From a virus (lineage: Duplodnaviria; Caudoviricetes), in IMG/VR virus record IMGVR_UViG_3300042890_005066, positions 1,777 through 65,776 of that record: DNA of 64,000 bases. One strand, 5' to 3'. Numbering within the stretch: the first letter of the stretch is position 1; each line of letters begins with the position of its first letter. This document shows positions 19,213 through 29,242 of the stretch, piece after piece. The notes beneath the pieces were generated by a model. The model had not been told where the DNA came from, did not search any database, and saw only the letters and a program-made list of their open reading frames with translations. A program made the position numbers and the translations under genes.

Positions 19213-20166
19213 TCAATCTCCAGCTCTGTTCAATGCGGCTGGTGAGGGGTCACTGGTATTATACCAGGCAAGTATCTGATTAAACCCATCTTCTCCAATA
19301 TATGATATCATCTTTTCGACATAAATTCGTTTAGTATCTGTCTCTGGTAAAGCTTGCCAACCCGCCCCGACATTTTCTATAGTTGATTTGATAGTAGAAG
19401 ATAGCTTTTCTGGAGCTGCCTTCAATATTTCTACAGCGTCATCTGGATATGCCTTGAACAAACTTATAAGAAGTTTGGGCGTTTCTTTGAAATTCGTTCT
19501 AGAGAATATCGGGCGGTATTTATTCCCCAGCTCCTCAGCGTCCTTATAAACCTGACAAAAATTAGTCAACAACAGCTCAATGAATTTCTTTGTCAATAGA
19601 ACGTTATAATAATAAGCCCTAGCCTTAGTAGAAAAAATACTGCGACGAGCCTCATTAATAGTAAAAAAGAACAGATTGATGTCTTCTTGGACCTGCTTGC
19701 CTTCTTCGGCCTGAGCCTTGGCTGGATCATTTCTAATCACCGAGAAATAGTATAGCCTCAATTGTTTGTTTGTGATATTATAGACCTCTTGTACTTTCGG
19801 CCCAGGCACCAATCTTTTGATTATCTCTTCTGTGATTTTAAACTCATAATTGCTGGGGTCAGACGGCACTTGTGGAAAGCGGGTTAACCCGCTATCTTTG
19901 AATTCTTTAGCGTTCGCAAATTTTTTAAAAAAATAATTCTTTATTAAATTTTGCATAGTCGCTTCACCCATTTTGGCGGATGGGTCTATATTATTATATA
20001 ATTCAACATAGTTGGATGGTATGCTGACCGGCTTATTTAATTCATAATAAATTTTACCAATATAATACTTAAAGTGGCTGCGATCCAGATCAGCCAAGCC
20101 ATAACCGGGCTCTGGTTTTCTACTAGGCCATTCTACAATTGGTTCATGTATTGAAGATAGTTTCAT
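19213..20166 (-). CDS. hypothetical protein, possible head-internal protein
   Basis: 317-aa ORF; MKLSSIHE leader; CAAATATA upstream. Confidence 0.6.
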   Translation of the reverse strand: MKLSSIHEPIVEWPSRKPEPGYGLADLDRSHFKYYIGKIYYELNKPVSIPSNYVELYNNIDPSAKMGEATMQNLIKNYFFKKFANAKEFKDSGLTRFPQVPSDPSNYEFKITEEIIKRLVPGPKVQEVYNITNKQLRLYYFSVIRNDPAKAQAEEGKQVQEDINLFFFTINEARRSIFSTKARAYYYNVLLTKKFIELLLTNFCQVYKDAEELGNKYRPIFSRTNFKETPKLLISLFKAYPDDAVEILKAAPEKLSSTIKSTIENVGAGWQALPETDTKRIYVEKMISYIGEDGFNQILAWYNTSDPSPAALNRAGD

Positions 20167-20217
20167 TATTATCCCTATAACATCTAGCCGTTCTCATAAA
20201 TTATATTTGGGACCAAA

Positions 20218-20910
20218 TCAGATTAAGCCATTTTTACGTTCGCGGTAACGCCTAGTTCTCTCCCGACTATCAGACTTACGACGTTCATATTCAGCTAGTT
20301 CTATCCAGACTTCTCTACCATAAGTATTATAATGCCAAAACACTTTACCATCTATAATAGTCCCACGCTTAACCTTATTATCGACCTTGAGCAGAATTCT
20401 GTCCCTCCGTATCCGACACTTCCTAACACATCTACCTGCGGTTTCTCTGCGAGCTTCGACATGTTTTTTTAAGCCTTCAGGGTCCTTCCAGCACGGTCTG
20501 TTGTGCGTATAATATGCAAAAAATAGTCCAGGCTTACTCGGATGTGGATCTCCAAAATTTAACGGCTCTTTTTTAAGCTTCGCGCACCTAGCTTTATGTC
20601 TTTTACGTATTCCGTCTCTTTTTTTCCTTATTAGGAGATATTCATTGTAATCTACCCATCGTTCTTTGGAACTTGTCCTCCCAACATAATATAATTTCTT
20701 GTGAAAATCATAATACCAAAGGGGCGGGTGCTCCTTCGTATTAAAAAGCTCTTTGTCCCTAGTCTCATAATCTTTGCAAATCTTAACTTTCTCATTGAAT
20801 CTCTTTTCATCATACCATAACTGTCTGCCGCCACTGTATGCGAAAAAGATTCTGCCATCAGCACCGACATCACCTCTCTTAAGAGGCCCATACTTGCTGA
20901 ATCGTTCCAT
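20218..20910 (-). CDS. basic protein with internal ~55-aa repeats (putative DNA-binding)
   Basis: LKRGD..DGRIFFAY..W / FGD..PGLFFAY..W / VKRGT..DGKVFWHY..W, K/R-rich helices between. Confidence 0.6.
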   Translation of the reverse strand: MERFSKYGPLKRGDVGADGRIFFAYSGGRQLWYDEKRFNEKVKICKDYETRDKELFNTKEHPPLWYYDFHKKLYYVGRTSSKERWVDYNEYLLIRKKRDGIRKRHKARCAKLKKEPLNFGDPHPSKPGLFFAYYTHNRPCWKDPEGLKKHVEARRETAGRCVRKCRIRRDRILLKVDNKVKRGTIIDGKVFWHYNTYGREVWIELAEYERRKSDSRERTRRYRERKNGLI

Positions 20911-20912
20911 GA

Positions 20913-21182
20913 TTAAGCTCCGTAGTAAATGAACTCATGGCCGTCAATAATGCGGTCAGCAATATTCATCGCATTCGGGTTAGCATCATGCTTAGCCATA
21001 ATACGGACCCCATTATTGTTAATGAGCAAAGTTAGTTGCCCCTCAACATCCGCTAAAGTACAACAATTCGCAGCAGATAACTCAGCCGCACATGCATCTG
21101 ACACTGGTGCTCCCTCCATTTCAAGAGCTAAAGTGCACTGCGAAGTGATCGAAGAAAACCAAATGATTTGTGATTTAGTCAT
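20913..21182 (-). CDS. hypothetical protein
   Basis: Tightly packed in minus-strand run. Confidence 0.55.
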   Translation of the reverse strand: MTKSQIIWFSSITSQCTLALEMEGAPVSDACAAELSAANCCTLADVEGQLTLLINNNGVRIMAKHDANPNAMNIADRIIDGHEFIYYGA

Positions 21183-21427
21183 TGATGCTTAGATTTCCTC
21201 TGATAATGGACTTTCTGAACCGGATTATGGTGATCTATATCGTCTGGATCTTGGTTAAAGCTGTAGACCAAGCCATCTTTTATAGCCAGTGCAGCTTCCT
21301 CTATGGTAGGGTAATAAACAGGCGACATGCCGGTTTTCACTACATACCCATTCCCTATCTTCTGAATCCTGATTTGTACACTGACATCATTCGGCTCATT
21401 GCGTACTACGAATTCTAATTCTGGCAT
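21179..21427 (-). CDS. hypothetical protein
   Basis: ATGA overlap with next gene; AGGA RBS. Confidence 0.6.
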   Translation of the reverse strand: MPELEFVVRNEPNDVSVQIRIQKIGNGYVVKTGMSPVYYPTIEEAALAIKDGLVYSFNQDPDDIDHHNPVQKVHYQRKSKHQ

Positions 21428-21430
21428 GTT

Positions 21431-21928
21431 TCATTCATTCCTGCTAGAGATTCCACCGTCTAACTTTGCCGTTATTGCGATAAAGCCGATTGCCCACAGC
21501 TCAAATTGTGCGTTATCACCACGGTTTTCCCAAATCACAACGCCATCCTCTTCTATCGAGACCGGCATGAATGTGTTGTCCTCTATAGCCCAGTAAGCAG
21601 CTATAGCCGCACGCATGACTGATTCGTGATAAGATACATCTGCAGTACCGCGCTCCATATAATTCAACCGAACATTCTTGGCGGCTACTTCTGCCTTCTC
21701 TATTGGCTTGTATTCATCGAGTGCCTTGCGACAAATAGTGCAATAGTCTTGTTCTACAGCATCATCAAACTGCTTTTTAGATGCAACAAGCCAAAATCTT
21801 ATTGCAGCATTCAGCCTACGGGCTATGAATTCAGGCCAATTGTCGCTGACAGAGTCATTCAGCCAATCATCTATCAGATCCTTTGGGATCATATCAGGTG
21901 TGATATAATACTTGTCTTCTATGAGCAT
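21431..21928 (-). CDS. hypothetical protein
   Basis: Packed ORF with RBS. Confidence 0.6.
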   Translation of the reverse strand: MLIEDKYYITPDMIPKDLIDDWLNDSVSDNWPEFIARRLNAAIRFWLVASKKQFDDAVEQDYCTICRKALDEYKPIEKAEVAAKNVRLNYMERGTADVSYHESVMRAAIAAYWAIEDNTFMPVSIEEDGVVIWENRGDNAQFELWAIGFIAITAKLDGGISSRNE

Positions 21929-21939
21929 TTCCTATATCC

Positions 21940-22221
21940 TTATTCTGGTAAAAATGGCACGTATTCTCTATGATACAATTTGGTGGGCTTTGCCTTCCAA
22001 ATCCTGCTTCTAATATCGTAAATGAGAGAGGCTTGGGGCTCATCATATTCGGAATGATGCGGAACGTACACGTAAATCCCTACTGCTTGGGGGTCGGTTT
22101 TTTCCGCAAAATTGACGATAGCCTCCAAATCAGAAGACTTAATCCCGCTAACTGAGTCAAGATAGACATCTAAAAACCCAGTACGGCTGATCCTATATCC
22201 CTCGAAGCCTTCAATAGTCAT
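21940..22221 (-). CDS. hypothetical protein
   Basis: ATGA-coupled to phosphoesterase gene. Confidence 0.6.
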   Translation of the reverse strand: MTIEGFEGYRISRTGFLDVYLDSVSGIKSSDLEAIVNFAEKTDPQAVGIYVYVPHHSEYDEPQASLIYDIRSRIWKAKPTKLYHREYVPFLPE

Positions 22222-22748
22222 TTTGCTAGCCCTTTCCTGGCTTCTTCAAGTACCCAATTCAAAAGCACAGGGCGATATCCAGTATGTTCAACACATACGT
22301 TCACATACCTAAAATCCCTGGCTCCATCACGCATCACATGATTGTAATGTGTATGACCATGGATGTTAAAGCTGAAACGACCAATACAATCAGGATGAAT
22401 GGGGATATGTGACATTACGGCTCCCTCATGGACATGCACAGCCCTTATGTCTCTAAAGTACCTGCGATACAGCGATATCCTTTCTGTGTCGTGATTACCA
22501 CGAATCAAGACTTTGTCGCCATTTAGCTTTCCTAGGGTGTGTATGTTTTTTGCGCCTATCGCTACGTCGCCTAGGTGATAGACTTTGTCGCATGGTCGTA
22601 CCACACTGTTCCATTGTTCGACCATGAAGTCATCCATCTCTTTGGATGTTTTAAATTCTGGCCTGGCGGCTGAGCCGTCGGCTTTAAGATATGTGAGCAT
22701 TTTCTCATGCCCAAAATGCGTGTCGCTGGTGACGAATATCTGTTTCAT
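22218..22748 (-). CDS. calcineurin-like phosphoesterase
   Basis: SDTHFGH, LGD, RGNHD, SHIP, HGHTH, NVCVE. Confidence 0.85.
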   Translation of the reverse strand: MKQIFVTSDTHFGHEKMLTYLKADGSAARPEFKTSKEMDDFMVEQWNSVVRPCDKVYHLGDVAIGAKNIHTLGKLNGDKVLIRGNHDTERISLYRRYFRDIRAVHVHEGAVMSHIPIHPDCIGRFSFNIHGHTHYNHVMRDGARDFRYVNVCVEHTGYRPVLLNWVLEEARKGLAK

Positions 22749-22840
22749 ACGACTCTATGGCAAGCATCTGTGTTGGTGTCAATTATATTATTTAAGCAAT
22801 TAAATTTATATTATAAAACAATTCTGTAGGGAGCTTCTAC

Positions 22841-24559
22841 ATGGCTGGCTTTAATAGACGCGATGTGATTAAACTTGAATCACGCACCAAGGGTATTCAT
22901 TGTTTTACTAAGGCTTATGAATATTTGTTAGAGGCAAAGACTCCATCTATTTCTGAGGATTTTAAGGCTGCGTGGCCGACGGTTCTTAATGCTATTAAAC
23001 AGGTTCAGAGGACTGGTCGGGCTCAGGAGCTTTTCATAACTGGTAAGTCTGTTAGCTATAAGAATTATGAGCCTCAGGGTGATATTAAGATGAAAGTGAC
23101 AGTCAAGCAGCATGAAGGCGAAGATGAAGGCGCGGTATATTCGAGAACGACTAGTAACGCACTCTCCGAGCCAGTCAATCACGGTATTATAAATGTCGAG
23201 AGATTCATTAATCCTGACGCTATATTTCGGGATTTTTATGATAGGTTATCGAAGGCTATGGGCGATACGGAGAAGGTCAGCGCGCTTAAGAAGGGTTTGA
23301 TGAATAAGTTGAAGAGGTATGGTGCTCCTGCGTCATGGCTAAAAATTGTACAGAGATATGTCGATACCTTGATAGACAAGAGCGGATCGAATGTGAGCTT
23401 TGTGGATATGATCATACGTACTATTGCTGGCTTTAGGATTGATGCGGATAATCTAGATGATGCGATAAGAATGTTAGATATAAAGCTGGCACAGGAAGGT
23501 GTGTTGGCAAGAGGTGAGATTAAGATATACACGAGGCCAGGCATATCGGATACAGAATATAAATCAATTTTTATACATGAACTTACACATGCTTTTGATC
23601 CTAAAGCTCATTTGCCACATAGAACCCGCGATAAAAACGATAAAAAAGGCTCTGAATATTATTCAATCGACCCGTTGGAGTTAGACGCATCGTTGAATCA
23701 GTTCGGTACTATAGCTAAAGAACTTCCAGATGAGTTTAATTCTGCTGTTAAGAATATCATTAAGAGGGGTCAAATCGGCGACTATACCTCGAGAGAGTTT
23801 GATAAACTGATTTCAAAATATAAGGGTAGGGTTAATGAGTCGACACTATTGCTTTATCAGGAGAATCTGTATCATCTGTACACAAGAATCAAGAAATTAT
23901 CTGATGAAGCAAAGGTCGGCTTGAATCTTTTCAGGACTCGCGATGGTAGTATTGATAAGAGTCAGAATAAGTTCTTCCTAAAGCTAATGAACATTTTGGA
24001 TGATCCTAAGGAAGCCATGAACAGGTCGCTACAGGATAGGCTTTCTTCTTATAAGGATTCTAAAAAGCGGAATGAGTCCCAGGGGTTTGAGAATTCTCCA
24101 ATTCCTCCAGCACCGGTTACTCCAGCACCAGCTCCTCCAGCACCAGCTCCTCCAGCACCAGCTCCATCTGCATCCGCCCCTTCGAATAATGCTACGCCGG
24201 GTGCCGTGGATGATTCGTTATTGCAAGAGGTGTTGCGTGAGACTTTTGGGGCAACTAATGGTGCGTATAATTATGGGAGGATGGCGTATGGTGATAGGCG
24301 TATTATGCCTCAAAATAGTGCGTTTAAGCATTATCCTGAGGTACTGGCTATGTGCAAAAACATAATTCAGCGTGGTGTTGCTGGTCTATCTGCTGCCGAA
24401 GCTAAACAGGTCGTATATCTTGTCGCGTTTATAATGGTACAGAAGGGCTCTAATCTTGCATTCCACCTTGGCAGATTATTGAATTTAAAGACCATAGCTA
24501 GGGTGGATGGTGGATTGTTTGCAAGGTTCGTGAAGGTCGCTATTGAGATGGAATTTTAA
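22841..24559 (+). CDS. large protein with HExxH (zincin-like) motif and Pro/Ala linker
   Basis: [11 protein letters not shown] plus downstream PLELDA; PAPAPPAPA tract; GGAG RBS. Confidence 0.6.
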   Translation: MAGFNRRDVIKLESRTKGIHCFTKAYEYLLEAKTPSISEDFKAAWPTVLNAIKQVQRTGRAQELFITGKSVSYKNYEPQGDIKMKVTVKQHEGEDEGAVYSRTTSNALSEPVNHGIINVERFINPDAIFRDFYDRLSKAMGDTEKVSALKKGLMNKLKRYGAPASWLKIVQRYVDTLIDKSGSNVSFVDMIIRTIAGFRIDADNLDDAIRMLDIKLAQEGVLARGEIKIYTRPGISDTEYKSIFIHELTHAFDPKAHLPHRTRDKNDKKGSEYYSIDPLELDASLNQFGTIAKELPDEFNSAVKNIIKRGQIGDYTSREFDKLISKYKGRVNESTLLLYQENLYHLYTRIKKLSDEAKVGLNLFRTRDGSIDKSQNKFFLKLMNILDDPKEAMNRSLQDRLSSYKDSKKRNESQGFENSPIPPAPVTPAPAPPAPAPPAPAPSASAPSNNATPGAVDDSLLQEVLRETFGATNGAYNYGRMAYGDRRIMPQNSAFKHYPEVLAMCKNIIQRGVAGLSAAEAKQVVYLVAFIMVQKGSNLAFHLGRLLNLKTIARVDGGLFARFVKVAIEMEF

Positions 24560-24930
24560 TGGGTCTTGTACATAAGCCTCAGCAGTATTTCTCGTTGTTG
24601 ATGGGTTATGTCAGGGTCGTCTATAAATGTTTTCATCTCTTGTATGTGTTCATCCTCGCAGTATACCGTAGTGCTATCGGCTGATGAGGCTGCGTCAAAG
24701 AAGCCAACTTCGAGCAGAAAGTTTCTTAGCTTGATTGATTTTAGGTTATCTCTCGGCGGGTGACTGAAAAATGTCCCGCTGAGGTCCATTTTGTCTTGGT
24801 AGGAGAGTATGTGTTTTTTCATATTGTTGGCCTGTGGTGTTCCCATCTGTTGACGGCGCGGTGGTATGTGAGTTCTGGTTCGTCCTGGATGTTTGTCGTG
24901 TTCGTCATTAGCCATTGCCTTTGGTGTCAA
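24556..24930 (-). CDS. hypothetical protein (start uncertain)
   Basis: ORF; real start may be MKKH at 24822. Confidence 0.45.
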   Translation of the reverse strand: MTPKAMANDEHDKHPGRTRTHIPPRRQQMGTPQANNMKKHILSYQDKMDLSGTFFSHPPRDNLKSIKLRNFLLEVGFFDAASSADSTTVYCEDEHIQEMKTFIDDPDITHQQREILLRLMYKTH

Positions 24931-25421
24931 GGTTCGATTATACTTCGTTGGACTTCAATCCATTCTTGGAATTTGTAGTATTGGGTGTTTATGATGTTCA
25001 TGGTTTCGGTGTGCCGTTGATTTAACGTTTTTTTGGCTTCTTCCAGTGATTGTGTGAGTTGTTTGACGTTTTTGATTGCTTGCGCGTAGTCTAGAACGGC
25101 TTTCTGGAGTGCCAAGCTGGTTTGGAGTGGGTCGTGTGGGGGGTCTGGTTCATGTTTCGGCATATAGGAATCGCTTTTTGGTTGTTGGTCTGGCATTGTT
25201 GGTTCCATTGACGGATTTTCTAGCCGTACTTCTTGGCATCCGGTTTTATTGTGCATATAGAAATCTATCCCTGCTTTTTTAAGATAATCTTTGTTCTTGT
25301 CCCACCATGCTGCCTGTTCGGCTAGTCTTTTGGCTGAGACTTCTGCGGTCAGTTTGCGTTCTTGGTGGGCTCGTTCATCATTCGGACGGATGAACGACTG
25401 ATTGTCATTGTTTTTGGTCAT
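24927..25421 (-). CDS. hypothetical coiled-coil protein
   Basis: Start moved to MTKNND because the upstream part of the ORF overlaps a better small gene. Confidence 0.55.
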   Translation of the reverse strand: MTKNNDNQSFIRPNDERAHQERKLTAEVSAKRLAEQAAWWDKNKDYLKKAGIDFYMHNKTGCQEVRLENPSMEPTMPDQQPKSDSYMPKHEPDPPHDPLQTSLALQKAVLDYAQAIKNVKQLTQSLEEAKKTLNQRHTETMNIINTQYYKFQEWIEVQRSIIEP

Positions 25422-25461
25422 TTTTGCACTTTCTTCTGGACTTCCTTGCTCTAAATAGCAC

Positions 25462-25635
25462 TCACTCGGTGTCATCATCATCCTCTTCATTCTCATCATC
25501 AGGTTGGCAGTAACAGCAATAGTCACACTCGCCGCAGATCTCGCACTGGACCATGCTTGTGTTTGCTCTTCGTACCCAAATGCTCCACCACGCATCTTCG
25601 CACACAGGACAGATCAAAAACATACGCCGTATCAT
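25462..25635 (-). CDS. 57-aa Cys-rich zinc-binding protein with acidic tail (not in ORF track)
   Basis: GAGGAG RBS; MIRRMFLICPVCEDAWWSIWVRRANTSMVQCEICGECDYCCYCQPDDENEEDDDDTE. Confidence 0.65.
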   Translation of the reverse strand: MIRRMFLICPVCEDAWWSIWVRRANTSMVQCEICGECDYCCYCQPDDENEEDDDDTE

Positions 25636-25644
25636 GTGGTCTCC

Positions 25645-25914
25645 TCATAGCCCAATACCATTGTCGAACCATCTCACCTCCCCCTTATAAACCACAGCGT
25701 GCCATTCGAAAGGATAAATAAAGCCGGTAGGGATGTACTCCTCAGCATCTTCCTTTGTTGGAAAGAGGATCATTGCACCAAATCTTTTTACCAGTCTTTT
25801 TTCTTTGATGTGCTCAATCGCCCAAACGACTGGCCTGTTCACCAGTTCGGCTTCAAGCTCGGCAATCTTGGCCTCAAGCTCGGCTTGTTTATCTGTCACT
25901 CTGAACATCTCCAA
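25645..25914 (-). CDS. hypothetical protein
   Basis: ORF with short coiled coil. Confidence 0.55.
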   Translation of the reverse strand: MEMFRVTDKQAELEAKIAELEAELVNRPVVWAIEHIKEKRLVKRFGAMILFPTKEDAEEYIPTGFIYPFEWHAVVYKGEVRWFDNGIGL

Positions 25915-26491
25915 TCTTCTGGGTGCTTATAAAATCACCAGACTTCATCCACTTGCCGTGCTCTAAAGACAATACATCATCAGCAGCCTGAATAATAACA
26001 AGAGAATGAGTCGCTATTATTATCTGACACTTGCGTTCACTAGCCCTTGTGACCTCATCCCAGACTTTAAACTGATTTCTTAACGATAAACCGGCCTCAG
26101 GCTCATCCAACAAGATCACACTATCCTTCACCTTTTTGAGACAGTCAACCGTATACATTTTTAAAACCTCACCATGAGACTTAAATCTAGACATGATTGA
26201 CCCGACATAGCCAATACCAATATCCTCACCGTTAGCCTTAGAGTAAAGCGTCGGATCAGTGGTCCTGGGATTCATATTCTCCGAATCAAAATAAAATGAA
26301 TTCACTCCCTTTAAACCAAGAGGAGTTAGCTGAAGATCTAAAAATTTACCCTGGGCTTGTAACCCCTTCAATAATGTTGATTTACCACAGCCCTGGTCAC
26401 CGACTATGACCGTTATATCTCTAAATCTGAATTTTTGACCCTTTTTGAAGCATCTGTGCTGGCTAGCGATTTTCGCCTGTTCAATGTACAC
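25889..26491 (-). CDS. ABC/AAA-type ATPase
   Basis: Walker A GDQGCGKST, signature-like SHGE, Walker B ILLDEPEAGLS, H-loop IATHS; likely GTG start after GAGGAG. Confidence 0.8.
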   Translation of the reverse strand: MYIEQAKIASQHRCFKKGQKFRFRDITVIVGDQGCGKSTLLKGLQAQGKFLDLQLTPLGLKGVNSFYFDSENMNPRTTDPTLYSKANGEDIGIGYVGSIMSRFKSHGEVLKMYTVDCLKKVKDSVILLDEPEAGLSLRNQFKVWDEVTRASERKCQIIIATHSLVIIQAADDVLSLEHGKWMKSGDFISTQKIGDVQSDR

Positions 26492-26656
26492 TAGTGACTC
26501 CTCTTCTTGATTGTGTGACTCTAACCAGTCATTAATGGCAAGCAATCAAGTCGGCGTCAATATCAGACCTTCTCTAATCTGAAACCATAGACCACAATAG
26601 TTTCATTATCTTTTTGATAGTCTGAACATTGGAGTTCTACATTTCTATCCTTGTTG

Positions 26657-26893
26657 TCATTCATTTCTGTCCCCTATCGCATTGGGTGATACCCTGTTAA
26701 CAATCTTATGAAAGTGTCTCCGAGCTTTCCAATGTTGTCCAAAAAAGCATGGGTCATCCCCAGTCATGATATTTGGCCTTGTGCGGAGAGTATAGGGCAA
26801 GCCCAAGGGATCTTCGTCTTTTTCCTTGACCAACTCTATTGTGATACCATTCACTGTAACAGAGTTGATCATTATCAGATCATCTTCAAGCAT
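26657..26893 (-). CDS. hypothetical protein
   Basis: GGAGG RBS. Confidence 0.6.
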   Translation of the reverse strand: MLEDDLIMINSVTVNGITIELVKEKDEDPLGLPYTLRTRPNIMTGDDPCFFGQHWKARRHFHKIVNRVSPNAIGDRNE

Positions 26894-26918
26894 GAAATTC
26901 CTCCCTTATATCAGGGTG

Positions 26919-27167
26919 CTAATATAGCTCATCTGGCACAGCGTCGATGTATACGACGTTCTCAAGGGTATCATACCATACGGAGAGAGCCGGTTCTTCA
27001 TGGATTCGACCATCCGTGGTCTCAAATTCGTACCGTAAAGAAACCGTGGCGCTTTGTTCTAATTGTAAGAGCTTTTCGATTAGCTCAGCGATAGTCATTG
27101 TCTTCTCCTTACTGCCTCTTTTAGGTTTTAGGGTGCCTACACGCCCCCAACACATCATACAATACAA
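26919..27167 (-). CDS. hypothetical protein (likely start MTIAEL)
   Basis: AAGGAG before MTIAELIEKL, common small phage protein start. Confidence 0.55.
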   Translation of the reverse strand: MYCMMCWGRVGTLKPKRGSKEKTMTIAELIEKLLQLEQSATVSLRYEFETTDGRIHEEPALSVWYDTLENVVYIDAVPDELY

Positions 27168-27182
27168 TTCCTCCGCTCTAGA

Positions 27183-27443
27183 TTACCAGTTGTTTTTAGA
27201 ATCCTGAAGCACTATCAACTGCCGCACCAACGCAGGATTAGCCTTGCCGTCAAGAGCCATCATAATCTGAACTAACAAAAAATTCTTTACAGAGTCAGGA
27301 TTTTTCTTGCCAGTCTTGAATTCTTCCATCACCTTGGAATTCAACTCTAAAACACCTCTAATCGCTTTTAATATCTGAATTTCATCATTAAGCCTTCCAG
27401 TTTGATTAGGACCGCTCAGATCGATATCCTTGATATCGCTCAT
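27183..27443 (-). CDS. GatB C-terminal/Yqey-like small protein
   Basis: FKTGK..NFLL.QIM....GKANPALV resembles the GatB tail. Confidence 0.5.
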   Translation of the reverse strand: MSDIKDIDLSGPNQTGRLNDEIQILKAIRGVLELNSKVMEEFKTGKKNPDSVKNFLLVQIMMALDGKANPALVRQLIVLQDSKNNW

Positions 27444-27655
27444 CCCTGCTCCTCATTTAATTTAGACATAGGAATATAGGTTGTTTTGCATCCACCTTCC
27501 TCATCGAAAGCCTCGACCGCTATGGCAGGAACACAGTCCCCCATGTAGTCCTCGCACGGCGCAAGATCGCCCAGCCCGCAACCACATTCACCATTGCACA
27601 GTCCCTCAGCACCTATCTGCCGGAGCTGGATCACTATCATATCAAGAACTCTCAT
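27440..27655 (-). CDS. Cys-rich hypothetical protein
   Basis: GLCNGECGC..DLAPC..CVP. Confidence 0.6.
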   Translation of the reverse strand: MRVLDMIVIQLRQIGAEGLCNGECGCGLGDLAPCEDYMGDCVPAIAVEAFDEEGGCKTTYIPMSKLNEEQG

Positions 27656-27658
27656 TGT

Positions 27659-27880
27659 TTAGCCCCTATCCCCATAGTTCTCAGCATCAAAGTAAGCCGA
27701 CATTTCCATAATCTCTGCTTCTTCTTGGCACGCTAACATCAACTCAAGGCTGCATGGGACTGGTTTCACAGTATGATACATCCACACGATATAATGCGGA
27801 TCAATAATCGACACATCACAAGGCATCATGCCTCTATACTTGCCAAAAGTAAGGTAGACCTCATCAATATCCTTAGCCAT
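27659..27880 (-). CDS. DUF3820-like small protein
   Basis: LTFGKYRG...IDPHYIVWM. Confidence 0.6.
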   Translation of the reverse strand: MAKDIDEVYLTFGKYRGMMPCDVSIIDPHYIVWMYHTVKPVPCSLELMLACQEEAEIMEMSAYFDAENYGDRG

Positions 27881-27981
27881 CTATCACTCCTATTCTATAA
27901 CATATAAAATACAAAAGGACTACCGAAGCAATAATAATAAAAGTAAATATAGCGACATTCCAAGCCATTCCAAAGGACACT

Positions 27982-28716
27982 GTGATGATAATCGCATACT
28001 ATCCAATTCACTACGGCTCAGATTACTTAGGTTACAGTATCAAAAGCATATATGACCGAGTTGACCAGATCCATATTTTATATGCACAGAACCCCTCACA
28101 CGGGCATGGCACAAATCTCAAAAACCCAGACACATTCGATAAATTACTAGAAGCGAGCTCGCAATTCGGAGACCCCCAGAATAAAATAGTATGGCATCAC
28201 GGTGAATGGCCATACGAAGGTGCTCAACGAGACACTATTAATAAAATCGCTTCAAAAGTAAACGCCGACATGATACTGGCAGTCGATGCAGATGAAATAT
28301 GGGACGAAAACGTTCTAGACCAGGCAATAACAACGGCATTTCAAAACAACAAAAAATTTAACCTAATCAGAATGTTAACGTTCTGGCGATGCTTCAATAA
28401 AGTAGTAACAGATGAAATGTGCCCAAACAGGATAATTCTACCAAAAGCAGAAGAAGGTACAAATTATCTTACCGGAAGGGTCCACCACTTCGGATACGCC
28501 AGAACAATCGAAAACATAGAATACAAAATGTCGATCCACGGCCATAAAAACGAATGGCGAAAAGAATGGATAGACATATACAAAAATTGGCCCCACTCAA
28601 GAAACACAGACCTGCACCCAACATGCGAAAACATGTGGACCGTAGAAGATTTTGATAAAACCACCCTGCCAGATTTCATGCACCAACACCCATACTACGA
28701 TTTAGAAATAATCTAA
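27982..28716 (+). CDS. GT-A/GT2-like glycosyltransferase
   Basis: SIKSIY..VDQI, EGAQRD, ILAVDADEIW (DxD), HHFGYAR. Confidence 0.7.
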   Translation: MMIIAYYPIHYGSDYLGYSIKSIYDRVDQIHILYAQNPSHGHGTNLKNPDTFDKLLEASSQFGDPQNKIVWHHGEWPYEGAQRDTINKIASKVNADMILAVDADEIWDENVLDQAITTAFQNNKKFNLIRMLTFWRCFNKVVTDEMCPNRIILPKAEEGTNYLTGRVHHFGYARTIENIEYKMSIHGHKNEWRKEWIDIYKNWPHSRNTDLHPTCENMWTVEDFDKTTLPDFMHQHPYYDLEII

Positions 28717-28725
28717 GAGGTAAAA

Positions 28726-29232
28726 ATGGGCGAGCTAAAAATGGGCAAAGGATCATACGGAAGTATAGTGAGACGAGGAGTCCACAATAGCATCACAGTT
28801 GGTAATTATTGCTCCATAGCAGAAGGATGCATCTGTGACGGTGGTTTCGGCCACAACACCAAATTTGTAACAACATATCCTTTAAACGTCAACATGAGAG
28901 ACTGCAGTCAACTTACCGGACACCCTGTCTGGAAAGGAGACATCATAATAGGTAATGATGTATGGATCGGTGAACATTGTATGCTCATGAGCGGAATAAC
29001 AATTGGAGATGGAGCAGTAATCGGCGCAAGATCGATAGTCACCAAAGATATACCACCATACACAATAGCAGCAGGCTCCCCAGCCAGAGTAATCAAAAAA
29101 CGATTCACCGATGATCAAATAGAAAAATTGCTAAAAATAAAATGGTGGGACTGGGACGAACAAAAAATAGTCGACAATGCTCACCTGTTAATGAACACTA
29201 ATATCGACAATTTCACATCTTTACACCTCTGA
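28726..29232 (+). CDS. CatB/Vat-related hexapeptide-repeat O-acetyltransferase
   Basis: [54 protein letters not shown]. Confidence 0.9.
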   Translation: MGELKMGKGSYGSIVRRGVHNSITVGNYCSIAEGCICDGGFGHNTKFVTTYPLNVNMRDCSQLTGHPVWKGDIIIGNDVWIGEHCMLMSGITIGDGAVIGARSIVTKDIPPYTIAAGSPARVIKKRFTDDQIEKLLKIKWWDWDEQKIVDNAHLLMNTNIDNFTSLHL

Positions 29233-29242
29233 AAGAAACCAA

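Noticed and set aside
25422-25595. N-terminal extension of the 222-aa ORF
   Set aside because: Overlaps a more plausible Cys-rich small gene with a strong RBS.
28726-29232. Antibiotic resistance gene (catB/vat)
   Set aside because: Family is broad and the context is glycan tailoring; resistance cannot be inferred.
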